The translations under genes were made by a program, and so were the position numbers. Shown piece after piece: positions 1 to 9,706 of a DNA stretch of 55,952 nt. The first letter of the stretch is position 1, and every line of letters starts with the position of its first letter. The notes beneath the pieces were generated by a model. It saw only the letters and a program-made list of their open reading frames with translations, made no database searches and had not been told where the DNA came from. This DNA comes from a virus (Duplodnaviria > Caudoviricetes): positions 1 to 55,952 of IMG/VR virus record IMGVR_UViG_3300042987_001910. One strand, given 5' to 3'.

Positions 1-702
1 AACCTCTGATCCGCCAGCGCCACCGCCTCCGCCAGCGTATGTGGAGCCATTGCTCCAAGTTGATCCTGATCCGCCCGAGCCACCGTTGATGTTGCTCGTG
101 TCTCCACCAGCGCCGCCTTTACCGCCGCCTCCAGCACTGCCATATCCATAGGAATACCCGCCGTTATTGCCTTGCCCGGATGTTCCTAAGCCAACGGCTC
201 CGGCGTAATACGACGCCGTCCCGCCGCCGGAACCGCCATCTCCTCCGTTCTTTGAGCCAAACCTACCGCCCCTTCCGCCACCTGTTGCCGTGGTTGAACT
301 GAAAACAGAGTTTGACCCACTCCCGATAGGGAATGCGCTTGCAGAACCACCGCCGCCAATCGTCACCGTGTATCCAGTGCCGGGAGTGACAGTCTGCGAA
401 CTTGATATGTATCCGCCAGCACCGCCGCCACCTCCAGCAACAAGGTTGTTTGAAAACGGGCTGTTTTGTGCATAACCACCGGCTCCAGCGCCAGCGACGA
501 CCAAGAACTCAACTGTGTAAGTGTTTGCCTTCCCGTAGAAATCCGAAAGCGCAATTTGCCCAGATGCTTTCCCAGCGAGCGTGCGAAGGGCAGACTCGTT
601 CAGAGAAGATTGCTGTGTGGCGGTCCTGCCAAGTTCCAAGTTAATCGACTGCCCGCTGGTCGAGCCGCCGATACTGATTGGACCGGAAGCGTTGAGCGGC
701 AT
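1..702 (-). CDS. Glycine-rich tail-fibre-associated protein, 5' part (continues at 55952-55516; 335 aa when circularised)
   Basis: Missing from ORF track; ATG at 702 overlaps upstream stop (TAATG); translates [13 protein letters not shown]...SDFYGK...VEFLVVAGAGAGG...GGGGGAGG; frame preserved across terminal repeat. Confidence 0.8.
   Translation of the reverse strand, partial: MPLNASGPISIGGSTSGQSINLELGRTATQQSSLNESALRTLAGKASGQIALSDFYGKANTYTVEFLVVAGAGAGGYAQNSPFSNNLVAGGGGGAGGYISSSQTVTPGTGYTVTIGGGGSASAFPIGSGSNSVFSSTTATGGGRGGRFGSKNGGDGGSGGGTASYYAGAVGLGTSGQGNNGGYSYGYGSAGGGGKGGAGGDTSNINGGSGGSGSTWSNGSTYAGGGGGAGGSEV
6..131. repeat. Terminal direct repeat, left copy (identical to 55827-55952); likely circular-assembly overlap
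   Basis: 126-bp exact match read directly; one ORF continues in frame across the join. Confidence 0.9.
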
Positions 703-3700
703 TAGTTAACTCGCTTCAGTTCTTCGACTTCAGCCTTCAGTTCCTTGATTGCCTCGATCAGCAGCGGGACCAAACGCTCGTAGTCGATCGTCAGGTACTG
801 CTGGTCGATAGGAGCGGGCGATACGATCTCTGGCAACACGGCTTGCACCTGCTGCGCCGACACACCAACCTCCCGGCGAACCTTGTAGCCGAGAGCCTGA
901 GCGGTCTCGTTGGCTTCGTAGTAGAAGCCAGACAACTGCGACACCTTGTCGAGCGCGTTTTCGATGACGCCCAGTTTCGTCTTCAGCCGGTCATCGGAGT
1001 AGTAGGCGGTGATGTTGCCGGTCGCGTAGATTGCACCAGCGCCGGGGTCAGCCGTGGTGCCGACAGAAAACCCGCCAGCAGCGCTGATCCTCATGCGTTC
1101 GGTGGCACCGGTCCTGAAAATGTGAACGCTGCCGTTTGTAATCAGCGTTTGGTAGGCGCTGTTTGCGGCGTTGACGGCATCAAGAACAACAGCGCCAGTA
1201 CCAAGTTCACGCACCAAAAACCGCTGGTCAGTACCTGCCAGAACGTCAAGTTTCCCCGCGAGGGACGCACTCACCCCAATCCCGACGTTGCCAGCGAAGT
1301 AGTTGTTAGCCGTACCGTTGGCGTAGAAGTTCCAGCGACCAGTACCGGAAGCGATGTCGCTGTAAAAGCCGTAGTTGTTTGTTGCGCCAGTAAGGTTGCT
1401 GTTGGCGATGTATCCGTACTGAGTTGTAACGGCGGACCCAGCGCCAATGGTGCTTTGGTTGGCAGAGAAGTGAGCCAGCGAAGGGAGCGTGAATGACGCA
1501 GCCGTCGTCGAGATGTCTGTCTGATAGGCGTTGAATAAAGTAGTCGTTGAACTCGAAATTGTCTGGTTCGAGTAGGAGCCAGCAACAGAGGCTGCGGCAG
1601 GAGCAACGGCGTTGACGATGCCAGCGTTCAGCGCCGTGTTCGTGGAGCCTAGGAAGAATCGTCCGTCGTGCGTGATCCGCGCACGCTCTGCAACATCTGA
1701 GGATGCGTTGTTCGTTCTGAATAACAACGCCCCAGACATGGAGGTGTCTGAGGTGTATGTGGTTACGTTCGCAATGATGTCCGCGACGTTGCGGTAGTTG
1801 GTACCGCCATACGCCTGAAACCGCAGAACGCCAGCGTTGTCTCCGGTCGCAACGGCTGACGTGGAAGCAATTGTCCCGCGAGCCTTGCGAACTAGGTGTA
1901 TTGGAGCCGTTATGTCGCTGCTGGCGCGGATCAGTTGCGTCTGCGTTGTGGCATCGCCATGCAGAGCGATGACGGCAGAAGCCGCGTCATAGACGTGGAA
2001 CTTGGAGGTCGGAACGACACCGACCCCGACGTTCCCGCTGCTGTAGTAGATGTCGGAGCCAGAGGTGGTCCACGGTTGCGTCCCGGTCGGACCAGTTGCA
2101 CCAGTAGGTCCGGTTGGTCCGGCGACACTCGAAGCCGCGCCAGTAGGACCAGTAGGACCGCTTGCCCCGGCAGCGCCAGTAGCGCCTGTGTCGCCTGTTG
2201 GTCCTGTCGGACCCGTCGCGCCCTGCACACCTTGTACGCCTTGCGGTCCCTGCGGACCTTGCGCCCCAGTCGGACCAGTCGGACCTACAGCGCCGGTTGC
2301 TCCAGCATCTCCGGTAGGACCAGTTGGACCAGCAGCGCCCGTAGTTCCAGTAGAGCCAGTAGGACCGGTTGGACCAACAGCGCCAGTATCTCCCGTAGCG
2401 CCAGTAGGTCCGGTCGGACCGGCGGCACCCGTAGCGCCCGTGGGACCAGTAGGACCAACAGCGGTCGTGTTCTTCCAGACGCCAGCGGTCTGGTCGTAGG
2501 TGAGCGCCTGTCCATCGGACGGGCTGGAGATCAGCACGTTGTGCAGTTCGTCCAACTCCCAGCCGTTGGAGATGTGAACAAACACCTCACCGCTGGAGGC
2601 GTTGACCTTCACAACCCAGCCAAGGAACACGGTGTGAGCAGGGGCGGACGGGCGGGTGGCAGTAAACGACCCGGCGGTCTGCGACAGGTAGATCGGATTG
2701 CCAGCCGTGAACGCGGAAGTATCAATCCCCCGCACAACGCCAAACGTGGTGACAAATCCTTCAGCGCCGTTAGCAATAGACTCGGTCGTAATGCCGAGCG
2801 TGGCGGCAGACAGAGGCTCCGTATCCGCATCAGCCAAGACAATGCTCGGACGCTGACCTTGCGCCCCAGACACGGCAACAACCTTACCAGCAGCGATCGT
2901 GCTGCCGGAGCCGTTGTAGGCTAGGACAACATTCTCTTGCCCGACCTGAAGGTTGACGTTCCCACCCAGAAGACCAACGGTCAACGTCCCGTCGCCGCTA
3001 TCCCAAGCGAGTCGACCAACGGAAGCGGCAGGAGAAGCGGTCGTGTCAAAGTCTATGTAGTCAGGGGTGGCAATCGAATCGACGCCGGTAACAGTGCCAG
3101 CCAATCCGCTAGGACCAGTAGGACCAGTAGGACCTGCGCTGCCAGTATTCCCGGTTGATCCGGTCGGACCCGTCGGACCAGCCACGTTCGAGGAGGCACC
3201 GGTAGGACCAGTAGGACCAGCGTCTCCTTGGGGTCCGGTGGGTCCATTTGGTCCAGTGGGTCCAACAGCGCCAGTTGCGCCGGTAGATCCGGTAGGTCCA
3301 GTAGGTCCGGTGCTGCCGGTATCGCCGGTTGCTCCAGTGGGTCCAGTGGGTCCAGCAACGCCCTGTACGCCCTGTGCGCCAGTCGGTCCTGTCGGACCTA
3401 CAGCCCCGGTCGCTCCTGTGTCTCCAGTGGCTCCTGTGGGTCCGGTTGGACCAGCGATGCCCTGAATGCCCTGAACCCCCTGCACACCCTGTGCGCCGGT
3501 AGGTCCGGTAGGTCCGATGTCACCCTGAACGCCTTGCGCCCCGGTGGGACCGGTGGGACCGACGATGCCTTGGATACCCTGCGCTCCAGTAGGACCAGTT
3601 GGTCCGGTCGCGCCTTGGATACCCTGAATGCCCTGAATGCCCTGAATGCCCTGAGCGCCAGTTGGACCAGTCGGACCGGTAGGTCCGGCAACAGTCGAGG

Positions 3701-3881
3701 CAGCACCAGTAGGACCTGTAACAGACGGACCAGTCGCGCCAGTAGGTCCGGTCGGACCTGTTGGTCCAGTAGGTCCCTGCGGACCCAGAGGACCGGCGGC
3801 TACGACCTCAAGGATATCCGGCGCAACCTCCTGAACGGAGACGATGGATTCCGAGATCTCTGTAACTACTACGTCGGTCAT
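702..3881 (-). CDS. Collagen-like tail fibre with two Gly-X-Y (GPT-rich) blocks and C-terminal intramolecular chaperone (peptidase S74-like) domain
   Basis: Long [12 protein letters not shown] triplet runs; C-terminal YYSDDRLK...[13 protein letters not shown]...[16 protein letters not shown]. Confidence 0.9.
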   Translation of the reverse strand: MTDVVVTEISESIVSVQEVAPDILEVVAAGPLGPQGPTGPTGPTGPTGATGPSVTGPTGAASTVAGPTGPTGPTGAQGIQGIQGIQGIQGATGPTGPTGAQGIQGIVGPTGPTGAQGVQGDIGPTGPTGAQGVQGVQGIQGIAGPTGPTGATGDTGATGAVGPTGPTGAQGVQGVAGPTGPTGATGDTGSTGPTGPTGSTGATGAVGPTGPNGPTGPQGDAGPTGPTGASSNVAGPTGPTGSTGNTGSAGPTGPTGPSGLAGTVTGVDSIATPDYIDFDTTASPAASVGRLAWDSGDGTLTVGLLGGNVNLQVGQENVVLAYNGSGSTIAAGKVVAVSGAQGQRPSIVLADADTEPLSAATLGITTESIANGAEGFVTTFGVVRGIDTSAFTAGNPIYLSQTAGSFTATRPSAPAHTVFLGWVVKVNASSGEVFVHISNGWELDELHNVLISSPSDGQALTYDQTAGVWKNTTAVGPTGPTGATGAAGPTGPTGATGDTGAVGPTGPTGSTGTTGAAGPTGPTGDAGATGAVGPTGPTGAQGPQGPQGVQGVQGATGPTGPTGDTGATGAAGASGPTGPTGAASSVAGPTGPTGATGPTGTQPWTTSGSDIYYSSGNVGVGVVPTSKFHVYDAASAVIALHGDATTQTQLIRASSDITAPIHLVRKARGTIASTSAVATGDNAGVLRFQAYGGTNYRNVADIIANVTTYTSDTSMSGALLFRTNNASSDVAERARITHDGRFFLGSTNTALNAGIVNAVAPAAASVAGSYSNQTISSSTTTLFNAYQTDISTTAASFTLPSLAHFSANQSTIGAGSAVTTQYGYIANSNLTGATNNYGFYSDIASGTGRWNFYANGTANNYFAGNVGIGVSASLAGKLDVLAGTDQRFLVRELGTGAVVLDAVNAANSAYQTLITNGSVHIFRTGATERMRISAAGGFSVGTTADPGAGAIYATGNITAYYSDDRLKTKLGVIENALDKVSQLSGFYYEANETAQALGYKVRREVGVSAQQVQAVLPEIVSPAPIDQQYLTIDYERLVPLLIEAIKELKAEVEELKRVN

Positions 3882-4225
3882 CGAGTCACCTCTTTGCTGA
3901 CCGTCACTTCACCTTCAAGCAGACGCCTCACCACACCGTTTGAAGCAACCAGTTCGAGGTCGTACAGCCCGCGCTTCCAAGTGATGGCGGCGGTGACTGT
4001 CGCGGATAGATTCAGGTCGATCGTCCCAGCAGCGCCGCCGAGCGAGATCCGCCCATTTGCGGTTGTGAGTTCAAGCAGGACATCGTCGCTCGCCTTGCTC
4101 TGTCGAACCTGCATCCGAGCGGTGTAGCCCGTGAGGTTTACCAACGCGCCAGCCGAGTCCTTCCAAATGAACTGCTTTGTGTAGGTCTCGCCTTGCAGGA
4201 TCTCAAGATCGTATTCGCCAGCCAT
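3878..4225 (-). CDS. Small virion protein, BppU N-terminal-like fibre-anchoring adaptor
   Basis: QGETY...[12 protein letters not shown]...YDLELV...RLLEG pattern, directly upstream of the fibre. Confidence 0.65.
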   Translation of the reverse strand: MAGEYDLEILQGETYTKQFIWKDSAGALVNLTGYTARMQVRQSKASDDVLLELTTANGRISLGGAAGTIDLNLSATVTAAITWKRGLYDLELVASNGVVRRLLEGEVTVSKEVTR

Positions 4226-4881
4226 TAAAGTCTCCGCATCTTGACTTGCAGGTCGGAGCGAGAGTGACCACGCACCGCACGCTGCAAGGCACGGTTGATA
4301 CCCTGCAAGAACATAGCGTTGCCAAGCACGGCAACTTCAGGGTTTGTGTACGGTTTGCCCGGAGTCATGCACAGACGCGACTTCGCTCCATGCGCAATGA
4401 ACTCGGCATAGTCTTCAAACAGGATGTCATCGCAGGTCGTGGACGCACGGGTAGGCTTCAGAGCCACGCGCAGCGTGATCGCATTTGCGACGGTCTCGTC
4501 AGGCACCGGGAACAGGGCAAACGTACGCTCGTCCTTCTGGACAATGTTGCGCGGCTTCCCCTTGGATACGTTCGGGGCCGGGAACGTCGCGTTGTAGACG
4601 GTAGGGTCGGTCACCATGTCCGGTGCAACGACCTCAAGCGGGTCGTGCAGATACCAGCCGCGCATGAGTTTGGTAACCAAATGGTGCTTGGGAGGCTCAA
4701 ACTCGTAATCAGACTGATCGGCTACCGCCTTGATTGGATCGTGGTCGCGCTGAAGGATCAGGCTGCGCTCGCAGAAGTCGATGGTCGCGGAGCGAATTGC
4801 CTGAATGGCGGCGATCTCAGGACAGCCCGGAGTGTCGGGAAGTATGTATGGAAGAAAATCGTCGTAGGCGGTAGACATCAC
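4225..4881 (-). CDS. Head-tail adaptor / tail tubular protein A-like
   Basis: Synteny after capsid; PGCPE..AIRSATIDFCERS and LFPVPD motifs. Confidence 0.65.
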   Translation of the reverse strand: MMSTAYDDFLPYILPDTPGCPEIAAIQAIRSATIDFCERSLILQRDHDPIKAVADQSDYEFEPPKHHLVTKLMRGWYLHDPLEVVAPDMVTDPTVYNATFPAPNVSKGKPRNIVQKDERTFALFPVPDETVANAITLRVALKPTRASTTCDDILFEDYAEFIAHGAKSRLCMTPGKPYTNPEVAVLGNAMFLQGINRALQRAVRGHSRSDLQVKMRRL

Positions 4882-5567
4882 ACGCCTCCAGTCTGAAGGG
4901 CAGCCGGGTTTGGATTGCCACCCTTGCTGTTGAGGTCTGGGGAGTAGCCAACGTCCTTGGCGGTCTTGATCCCCAGCATTGCTTGGAACGCTTGGAAATA
5001 CGACACCGCCAGCTGCGCTGTTGCCGCATACTCCGAGTCCTTGTTGTAGGCACGGAACAGAACGTAGTTAAGCAACGGCTCAGTATAGATGTCTGCGACA
5101 GCCAGCGAGCTAGATGTCGCAGACACGTCAGTCGGGTTCTTGGAGATCACGATCTCCAGCTTAGATGTGGACTTCGCTGGCGGGTAAACGAAGAAGACGG
5201 TCGGCACCCGGTTGTCGTAGACGAAGTTCTTGACCACAGCCGCTTGATCGTCGGAATGCCAGTCAGGGTTCTGGCTGTCGAGGATGTCGCGGTCCACCAG
5301 CCTCACGGCACGCCCAACAGAGTTATCGGCATTGATGTTGCGAGTGACATCGAGCAACCTGATCGCTCCGCTCGGGAGCGACTGCTTCGTCCCGGCGGCA
5401 CACGTCATAGTCTCCACGGAAACGGACGCATCAGGGCGGACCAGAGTGATGGCGCGCTGTCCATCATTGATCCACTTAAGAAACTCAGAGTCGGCCCAGC
5501 GATAGCTAGTGTTGTCAGTGTCGTTCAGTACCAACCGGGCGCGGTCGATGATGTCACTAGCCAGCAT
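4878..5567 (-). CDS. Head-tail adaptor protein (DUF6682-like)
   Basis: IIDRARLVLND...RWADSEFLKWINDGQ...FFVYPP...LNYVLFRAYNKD. Confidence 0.7.
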   Translation of the reverse strand: MLASDIIDRARLVLNDTDNTSYRWADSEFLKWINDGQRAITLVRPDASVSVETMTCAAGTKQSLPSGAIRLLDVTRNINADNSVGRAVRLVDRDILDSQNPDWHSDDQAAVVKNFVYDNRVPTVFFVYPPAKSTSKLEIVISKNPTDVSATSSSLAVADIYTEPLLNYVLFRAYNKDSEYAATAQLAVSYFQAFQAMLGIKTAKDVGYSPDLNSKGGNPNPAALQTGGV

Positions 5568-5781
5568 TCGCTCTCTTCGCCTTCTCTATCTTGAACGGTG
5601 CGGGTTGCACCTCAGCATTGACTTCCGGGGTCGGCTCATGCTTCGGCTCGACCTTGGGTTCTTGCTTTTGCTCTGGCACGAACTCGATCATGTCCGGTCG
5701 GCTTGCGAGCTGTTCCGTCCGTATGTAGATCGTTCCCGTTCCGTGTTGCTTCAGAAACCGCACAGGCTCTTTCAATTTCAC
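5557..5781 (-). CDS. Small head-associated protein (74 aa, GTG start) sharing an N-terminal motif with the upstream GT9
   Basis: GAGGAGG RBS before GTG 5781; RFLKQHGTGTIYIRTEQLASRPDMIEF then Pro/Glu/Lys-rich tail. Confidence 0.7.
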   Translation of the reverse strand: MKLKEPVRFLKQHGTGTIYIRTEQLASRPDMIEFVPEQKQEPKVEPKHEPTPEVNAEVQPAPFKIEKAKRANAG

Positions 5782-6724
5782 AGCACACCTCCTCTGGTTT
5801 GATTGTGTAGAGGGCGGAACATCCCATCTCACACACTCGATCCCATCCCCCGGTTCGCTGCCAATAACACTTCGCACAGCTGGCGTCCGCCTCGACTGTG
5901 GTTACGGTCTGCGAACACTCGAACAAAAAACTCCCGCTGGCCTGCGAGATCACTGCCACGCAAGGCACTTCGTACAGCCCGGCAATGTGAGCTGGCCCAC
6001 TGTCGTTTGCAACCACACACTTAGCGTTAGCGTAATAACGCAGCGCGTTATCAATCGGCAGACCAATTCGCTTCTCGACCGGCACTCCGAAGAACCCGTC
6101 ATCTACAGCCTGTCTGCCGTCTTCGCCAGCCATCACCACCACCCTGTACTTGGGGGACAGCAGCTTGGCAATCCTCCGCCAGTGCGGCATCGGATAGATC
6201 CGAGGGCGACCAGCAGAGATCGGTGACAGCACGATGTACGGCTCCGCGATCGGTCGCGGTGGCTTGTTCACCTTCGCCGGCCTCGCCGGCTTCACATCGC
6301 CAATGTCAAACTGGCGCGACAGGTTCCGCAGATACCACTCAAGCCGCGACGTGATGTCTCCACGGTAGGCGGCTGCAAGTTGTCCGTCGTAGTCGTCGTT
6401 GATGTCGAAGCACTTCTCGTCCGGCAGGATCTGCACGCCGGGGTGTTCGACCTTCAACCACTCCCTGTGCTTGGCGTGGAACAGAACCTTGAACCCAGCG
6501 TTCGCCAGACCACAAGCGACGTAGAGGGCGCATACCGCATCGCCTATCCCCCCTGCCGAGGAATAGAACTCGATGGTCCTTGTCCTGACCGGCTCACTCG
6601 GATACGTCTGGCTGGGACCGATTCGTATGGCTCGTTCGAGGTACTCCTCCATGTCCGCTCTCTGCGAGAGCGACTCGGTCCATACGAAGAGTTCGCCTGT
6701 TCCCCTCTTCCTCAACAGCCGCAT
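5636..6724 (-). CDS. Glycosyltransferase family 9 (heptosyltransferase-like) with N-terminal extension
   Basis: GGIGDAV N-lobe motif, YPMPHW, VANDSGPAHIA C-lobe motif, CxxC...C...C tail. Confidence 0.85.
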   Translation of the reverse strand: MRLLRKRGTGELFVWTESLSQRADMEEYLERAIRIGPSQTYPSEPVRTRTIEFYSSAGGIGDAVCALYVACGLANAGFKVLFHAKHREWLKVEHPGVQILPDEKCFDINDDYDGQLAAAYRGDITSRLEWYLRNLSRQFDIGDVKPARPAKVNKPPRPIAEPYIVLSPISAGRPRIYPMPHWRRIAKLLSPKYRVVVMAGEDGRQAVDDGFFGVPVEKRIGLPIDNALRYYANAKCVVANDSGPAHIAGLYEVPCVAVISQASGSFLFECSQTVTTVEADASCAKCYWQRTGGWDRVCEMGCSALYTIKPEEVCCEIERACAVSEATRNGNDLHTDGTARKPTGHDRVRARAKARTQGRAEA

Positions 6725-6726
6725 CG

Positions 6727-7110
6727 CTACTTCCTGAACCGCGCAGCCTTCTCGGCTATCTTCTTGGGCTGTGCTACGAACTGCTTGCCCTTCGCGTTAC
6801 CCTCAGCCTTCGCCTTGTTGGTAGCAGCCTTCTCTGACGAGGACATCGCTTTCCACGCAGCGTCCGGCAGGTAACGCTTCTTGCCTTCCGAGGGCGTGTT
6901 ATCAGACGTTCTCCACTTCTGGTCAGTCCACTTGCTCAGAGACTTCTGCGAGGAGGACTTGCTGCCTGAGTAACCGCCGCCAGCCTTCTCGTACTTCTGG
7001 GCAACCAGTTGCGCCTTGCGGGCAGACCACTCGCCCGGATCGCCGCCCTTGCTGCCAGCCATTACCTCTTTCTTAATCCGCTCCCGAAGAGCCGGTTTCG
7101 TGTATCCCAT
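6727..7110 (-). CDS. Conserved basic phage protein (DUF5872-like)
   Basis: YTKP.LRERIK...GEWSARKAQ...YEKAGGGY...SLSKWTDQKW...RYLP. Confidence 0.7.
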   Translation of the reverse strand: MGYTKPALRERIKKEVMAGSKGGDPGEWSARKAQLVAQKYEKAGGGYSGSKSSSQKSLSKWTDQKWRTSDNTPSEGKKRYLPDAAWKAMSSSEKAATNKAKAEGNAKGKQFVAQPKKIAEKAARFRK

Positions 7111-7129
7111 ATCTCCCCCAGAACAGACT

Positions 7130-7157
7130 AAGAAAGAGGGGGTGCCTAAGCACCCCC
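7130..7157 (-). terminator. Intrinsic terminator after major capsid gene
   Basis: 8-bp stem GGGGGTGC/GCACCCCC followed by TCTTTCTT on the minus strand. Confidence 0.7.
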
Positions 7158-7164
7158 ATCTTGT

Positions 7165-8130
7165 TTACGCCTTGTAGGCGTAGAGGTCGACCAGAGCCTC
7201 CGGCTTGACAACCTTGTAGCCGTACACGTTCAGACCGCGAACGATGTTGCCAAAGGTCGACTCGCTGCGGAGCGTCTCGACGTTGCTCATCTGGGACGCG
7301 AAGGTGATTGCGTCCTTCGTGCCAGCGAGAACGTGGAACGACTTGCGGTCAGCCGCGCCGCCCGTGCCGCCCGACGAGGAGTCGGAACCGAGGTCGGTAA
7401 CCGACGACAGGTTGTTCGACACGAAGACCGTGAAGCGGTCGATCATGCCGAGCTTGCCGTTCCGCAGCGGGGACACGTCGTCGCCCGTGAGGTAGGCTTG
7501 CTTGAGGTCGGACTTCTTCAGCATCGCCGCCATCCAAGCCGGGATCACGATGAAGCGCCCCGTCTCCGGCACGTTCTGCTCGTCGAGAACCTGACCGCAG
7601 TCAAGGATCGCGTCGAGGACCGTGGTCGAAGACACAGCACGCGGAGCGCCGGTCGCGCCGAGGTTGATATCGGCGGAGAGCGCACCAGCCGTCGCGCCCT
7701 TGTTGGCGGTAGCGGCATCGGCGTACACGTTACCAAGGACATCGCTGTCGATGGCGATCTTCATCTGCTCGGCGGCGTCGTTCGTGAAGATGTCCATCAG
7801 CTTCACGTCCGCTTGCACTTCCTGCACGTCGTCCACGACAACGGCAAAGTACTTGCCCTTGTCGATCAGGAGTTCGAGCGGGGTGCTGGTCGGCACTTGC
7901 GACGTGAGGGTCGCGCCAGACGAGTAGTTGTTGATCGTGATGTTCGGCACGGTGCGGATATGCACCTTGTCGCCCATCGACTTGATCTCGCCCTGCCAGT
8001 CGGTGTTGGCGATCTCGCCGAAAACCGTCGACTTGTAGAACTTGACTTGGAGCTTGCCGCTCCAGATTTCCGGAATGAACTTCGAGCCGGTCGAATAGCC
8101 GGTGTAACCTGCTGCAACTGGGAATGCCAT
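7165..8130 (-). CDS. Major capsid protein (HK97 fold)
   Basis: FIPEIWSGKLQVKFY...NTDWQGEI...GDKVHI...LDEQNVPETGRF...RGLNVYGYKVVKPEAL; follows scaffold, precedes terminator. Confidence 0.9.
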   Translation of the reverse strand: MAFPVAAGYTGYSTGSKFIPEIWSGKLQVKFYKSTVFGEIANTDWQGEIKSMGDKVHIRTVPNITINNYSSGATLTSQVPTSTPLELLIDKGKYFAVVVDDVQEVQADVKLMDIFTNDAAEQMKIAIDSDVLGNVYADAATANKGATAGALSADINLGATGAPRAVSSTTVLDAILDCGQVLDEQNVPETGRFIVIPAWMAAMLKKSDLKQAYLTGDDVSPLRNGKLGMIDRFTVFVSNNLSSVTDLGSDSSSGGTGGAADRKSFHVLAGTKDAITFASQMSNVETLRSESTFGNIVRGLNVYGYKVVKPEALVDLYAYKA

Positions 8131-8171
8131 GATGAGTCACCTTTCGATAGGCGGCCCACCGAGGACTTCCT

Positions 8172-9119
8172 TTATCGGATACGTCCTTCGAGTTGAGCCG
8201 CGTGGATGTCTGCTTCGATGGCAACAGCATCCTTGTCGCTCACATCCCCTCGACGCATCGCAGCGTAGAAGTTCTGGATCTCTCCGGTCGTCCAGATCTT
8301 CTTGCCCGCGGGGGGCTTGGAGACGCGGTTCGACTCAGGGACCACTTGGGATTCGAGCTTCTTGGAGGCGGTTGCCGCCCACGACTGCCCAGCCTTCTTG
8401 TATGCCTTGAAGAAGTTCGCAACCCGTCGCGCATCCTTGTCCTGCTCCGCTTGAGACAACATCTCTTGGCGGCGCACTCCGGTCAGTTCGTCGTATCCGT
8501 CCAGCCACTTGTGGAAGTTCTTGTCGTCGTTGATCGTCACCCAGTCTGGGACATCGCGTCCCAACTGTTCGTAGAAATCAACCTCAACAACCTTGGAGGT
8601 GCGGCTGTCGAAAGAGTCGATCTTTGCCTTGAGGGCTTCGATCTCGGCTTCCTTGGCTGCAACCTCTTCGCGTGCGGCGCGACGGATCAAATCGATCAGC
8701 GGCTCGCCGTACTCTTCCACTTCTTCAGGCTTGACAAACGACTTCTTCTCGGACGCCTTGCCAGACTTCAACTCTTCGAGCTGCTTCTCTAGAGTTTTGA
8801 GCTGAGTCTTCAGCTCACGGTTGTCTGATGCGAGGCGCGGGACTTCAGCGGAGTACTTGCCGGTGAGAACCTTGAAGCGGTGTTCCCACGTCTCCTCGTC
8901 TACCGGTTGTTCTTCTTCTTTCGGCGACTCTGGTTCTGGGGAGCCGTCAGGCTCTGCGGGTTCCTCGCGCGGCGGAGGCTCGGTGGTTTCAGCACTCGGC
9001 TCTTCCGGCGCAGGCTCCTCTTTTGGAGCCTCTGCTGTGGGTGCTTCGTACAGTTGCTTATAGAGAGCCTCGGCTTTTTCCTCGGCTTCCTTTACTTTCT
9101 TCGGCAATGCAATAGACAT
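8172..9119 (-). CDS. Capsid scaffolding protein
   Basis: Acidic Pro/Glu N-terminus, coiled coil, C-terminal ...AQLEGRIR, directly upstream of capsid. Confidence 0.8.
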   Translation of the reverse strand: MSIALPKKVKEAEEKAEALYKQLYEAPTAEAPKEEPAPEEPSAETTEPPPREEPAEPDGSPEPESPKEEEQPVDEETWEHRFKVLTGKYSAEVPRLASDNRELKTQLKTLEKQLEELKSGKASEKKSFVKPEEVEEYGEPLIDLIRRAAREEVAAKEAEIEALKAKIDSFDSRTSKVVEVDFYEQLGRDVPDWVTINDDKNFHKWLDGYDELTGVRRQEMLSQAEQDKDARRVANFFKAYKKAGQSWAATASKKLESQVVPESNRVSKPPAGKKIWTTGEIQNFYAAMRRGDVSDKDAVAIEADIHAAQLEGRIR

Positions 9120-9129
9120 GGGATCCTTT

Positions 9130-9245
9130 CCGTGAGCCGTTCATCAGACGTGTGCGAGCCCTAGCGGGTATTCGCGGTCATCTGTTGACGCGGTGTTCTC
9201 GGGTTCCGGGTTGAGCGCCCCGGTGCGCTTGCGGTCTACGACCGC
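9130..9245 (-). promoter_or_regulatory. Structured RNA leader of the scaffold gene (long rod 9130-9202 plus two small hairpins)
   Basis: Hand-folded pairings ccg/cgg, ga/uc, ccg/cgg, uca/uga, cagaug/cgucug, gcga/ucgc, ccc/ggg; two matching AYA/C internal loops; ends at the RBS. Confidence 0.6.
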
Positions 9246-9260
9246 TCGGCAACTTATGTG

Positions 9261-9494
9261 TTACCGAAACTTCTGGAGGATGCTGCTAGCTTCCTTGGAG
9301 TAGCGGATGAATTCCCTAGCAGCCTGAGCAGCGCCAGCCGACCAGCGAGACAAAGTCTCGTCCTTGGTCTCGGTCGTCTGCACATAGAGGTCTTGCAGGG
9401 ACTCCTCCATCCACTTCCGCACATCCTCGAAACTGGAATTGCTTTCGAGTGCAGCAAGCGCGTTCAGAACCTTTTGGTCTGGACGCTTGAGCAT
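9261..9494 (-). CDS. Small conserved head-module protein between portal and scaffold (Bbp19-like position)
   Basis: 77-aa helical ORF with overlapping start/stop; synteny only. Confidence 0.6.
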   Translation of the reverse strand: MLKRPDQKVLNALAALESNSSFEDVRKWMEESLQDLYVQTTETKDETLSRWSAGAAQAAREFIRYSKEASSILQKFR

Positions 9495-9697
9495 TACTTG
9501 CCGCCCTTCTTCATGTTCTTGCCAGACAGAGAGCCAGCGTGACCACAGGCCATGCCGCCGTCAGCCATCTTCATAACCATGCCGCGATTGCGGCCAGCGC
9601 CGCGAGCGGCAGCAGCGTCCTGCATGGCGGACTTGCCGGCGTATCCGCCGTCCATGTAACCCTTCTTGGCGAAGGCGGGCTTCATCTTGCCTTTCAT
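9494..9697 (-). CDS. Small Lys/Gly/Met-rich protein with YMDGG and MADGG motifs; candidate internal head protein
   Basis: GGAGAG RBS; starts MKGKMK like its upstream neighbour. Confidence 0.7.
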   Translation of the reverse strand: MKGKMKPAFAKKGYMDGGYAGKSAMQDAAAARGAGRNRGMVMKMADGGMACGHAGSLSGKNMKKGGK

Positions 9698-9706
9698 CTT
9701 TCTCTC

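Noticed and set aside
9126-9150. Hammerhead ribozyme (CUGAUGA...GAAA on the minus strand)
   Set aside because: No proper stem II closing pair or stem III/cleavage site; these bases pair within the long rod instead
9248-9255. AAGTTGCC copy upstream of the scaffold leader matching the 27.8-kb repeats
   Set aside because: A single 8-mer is expected by chance in a genome this size
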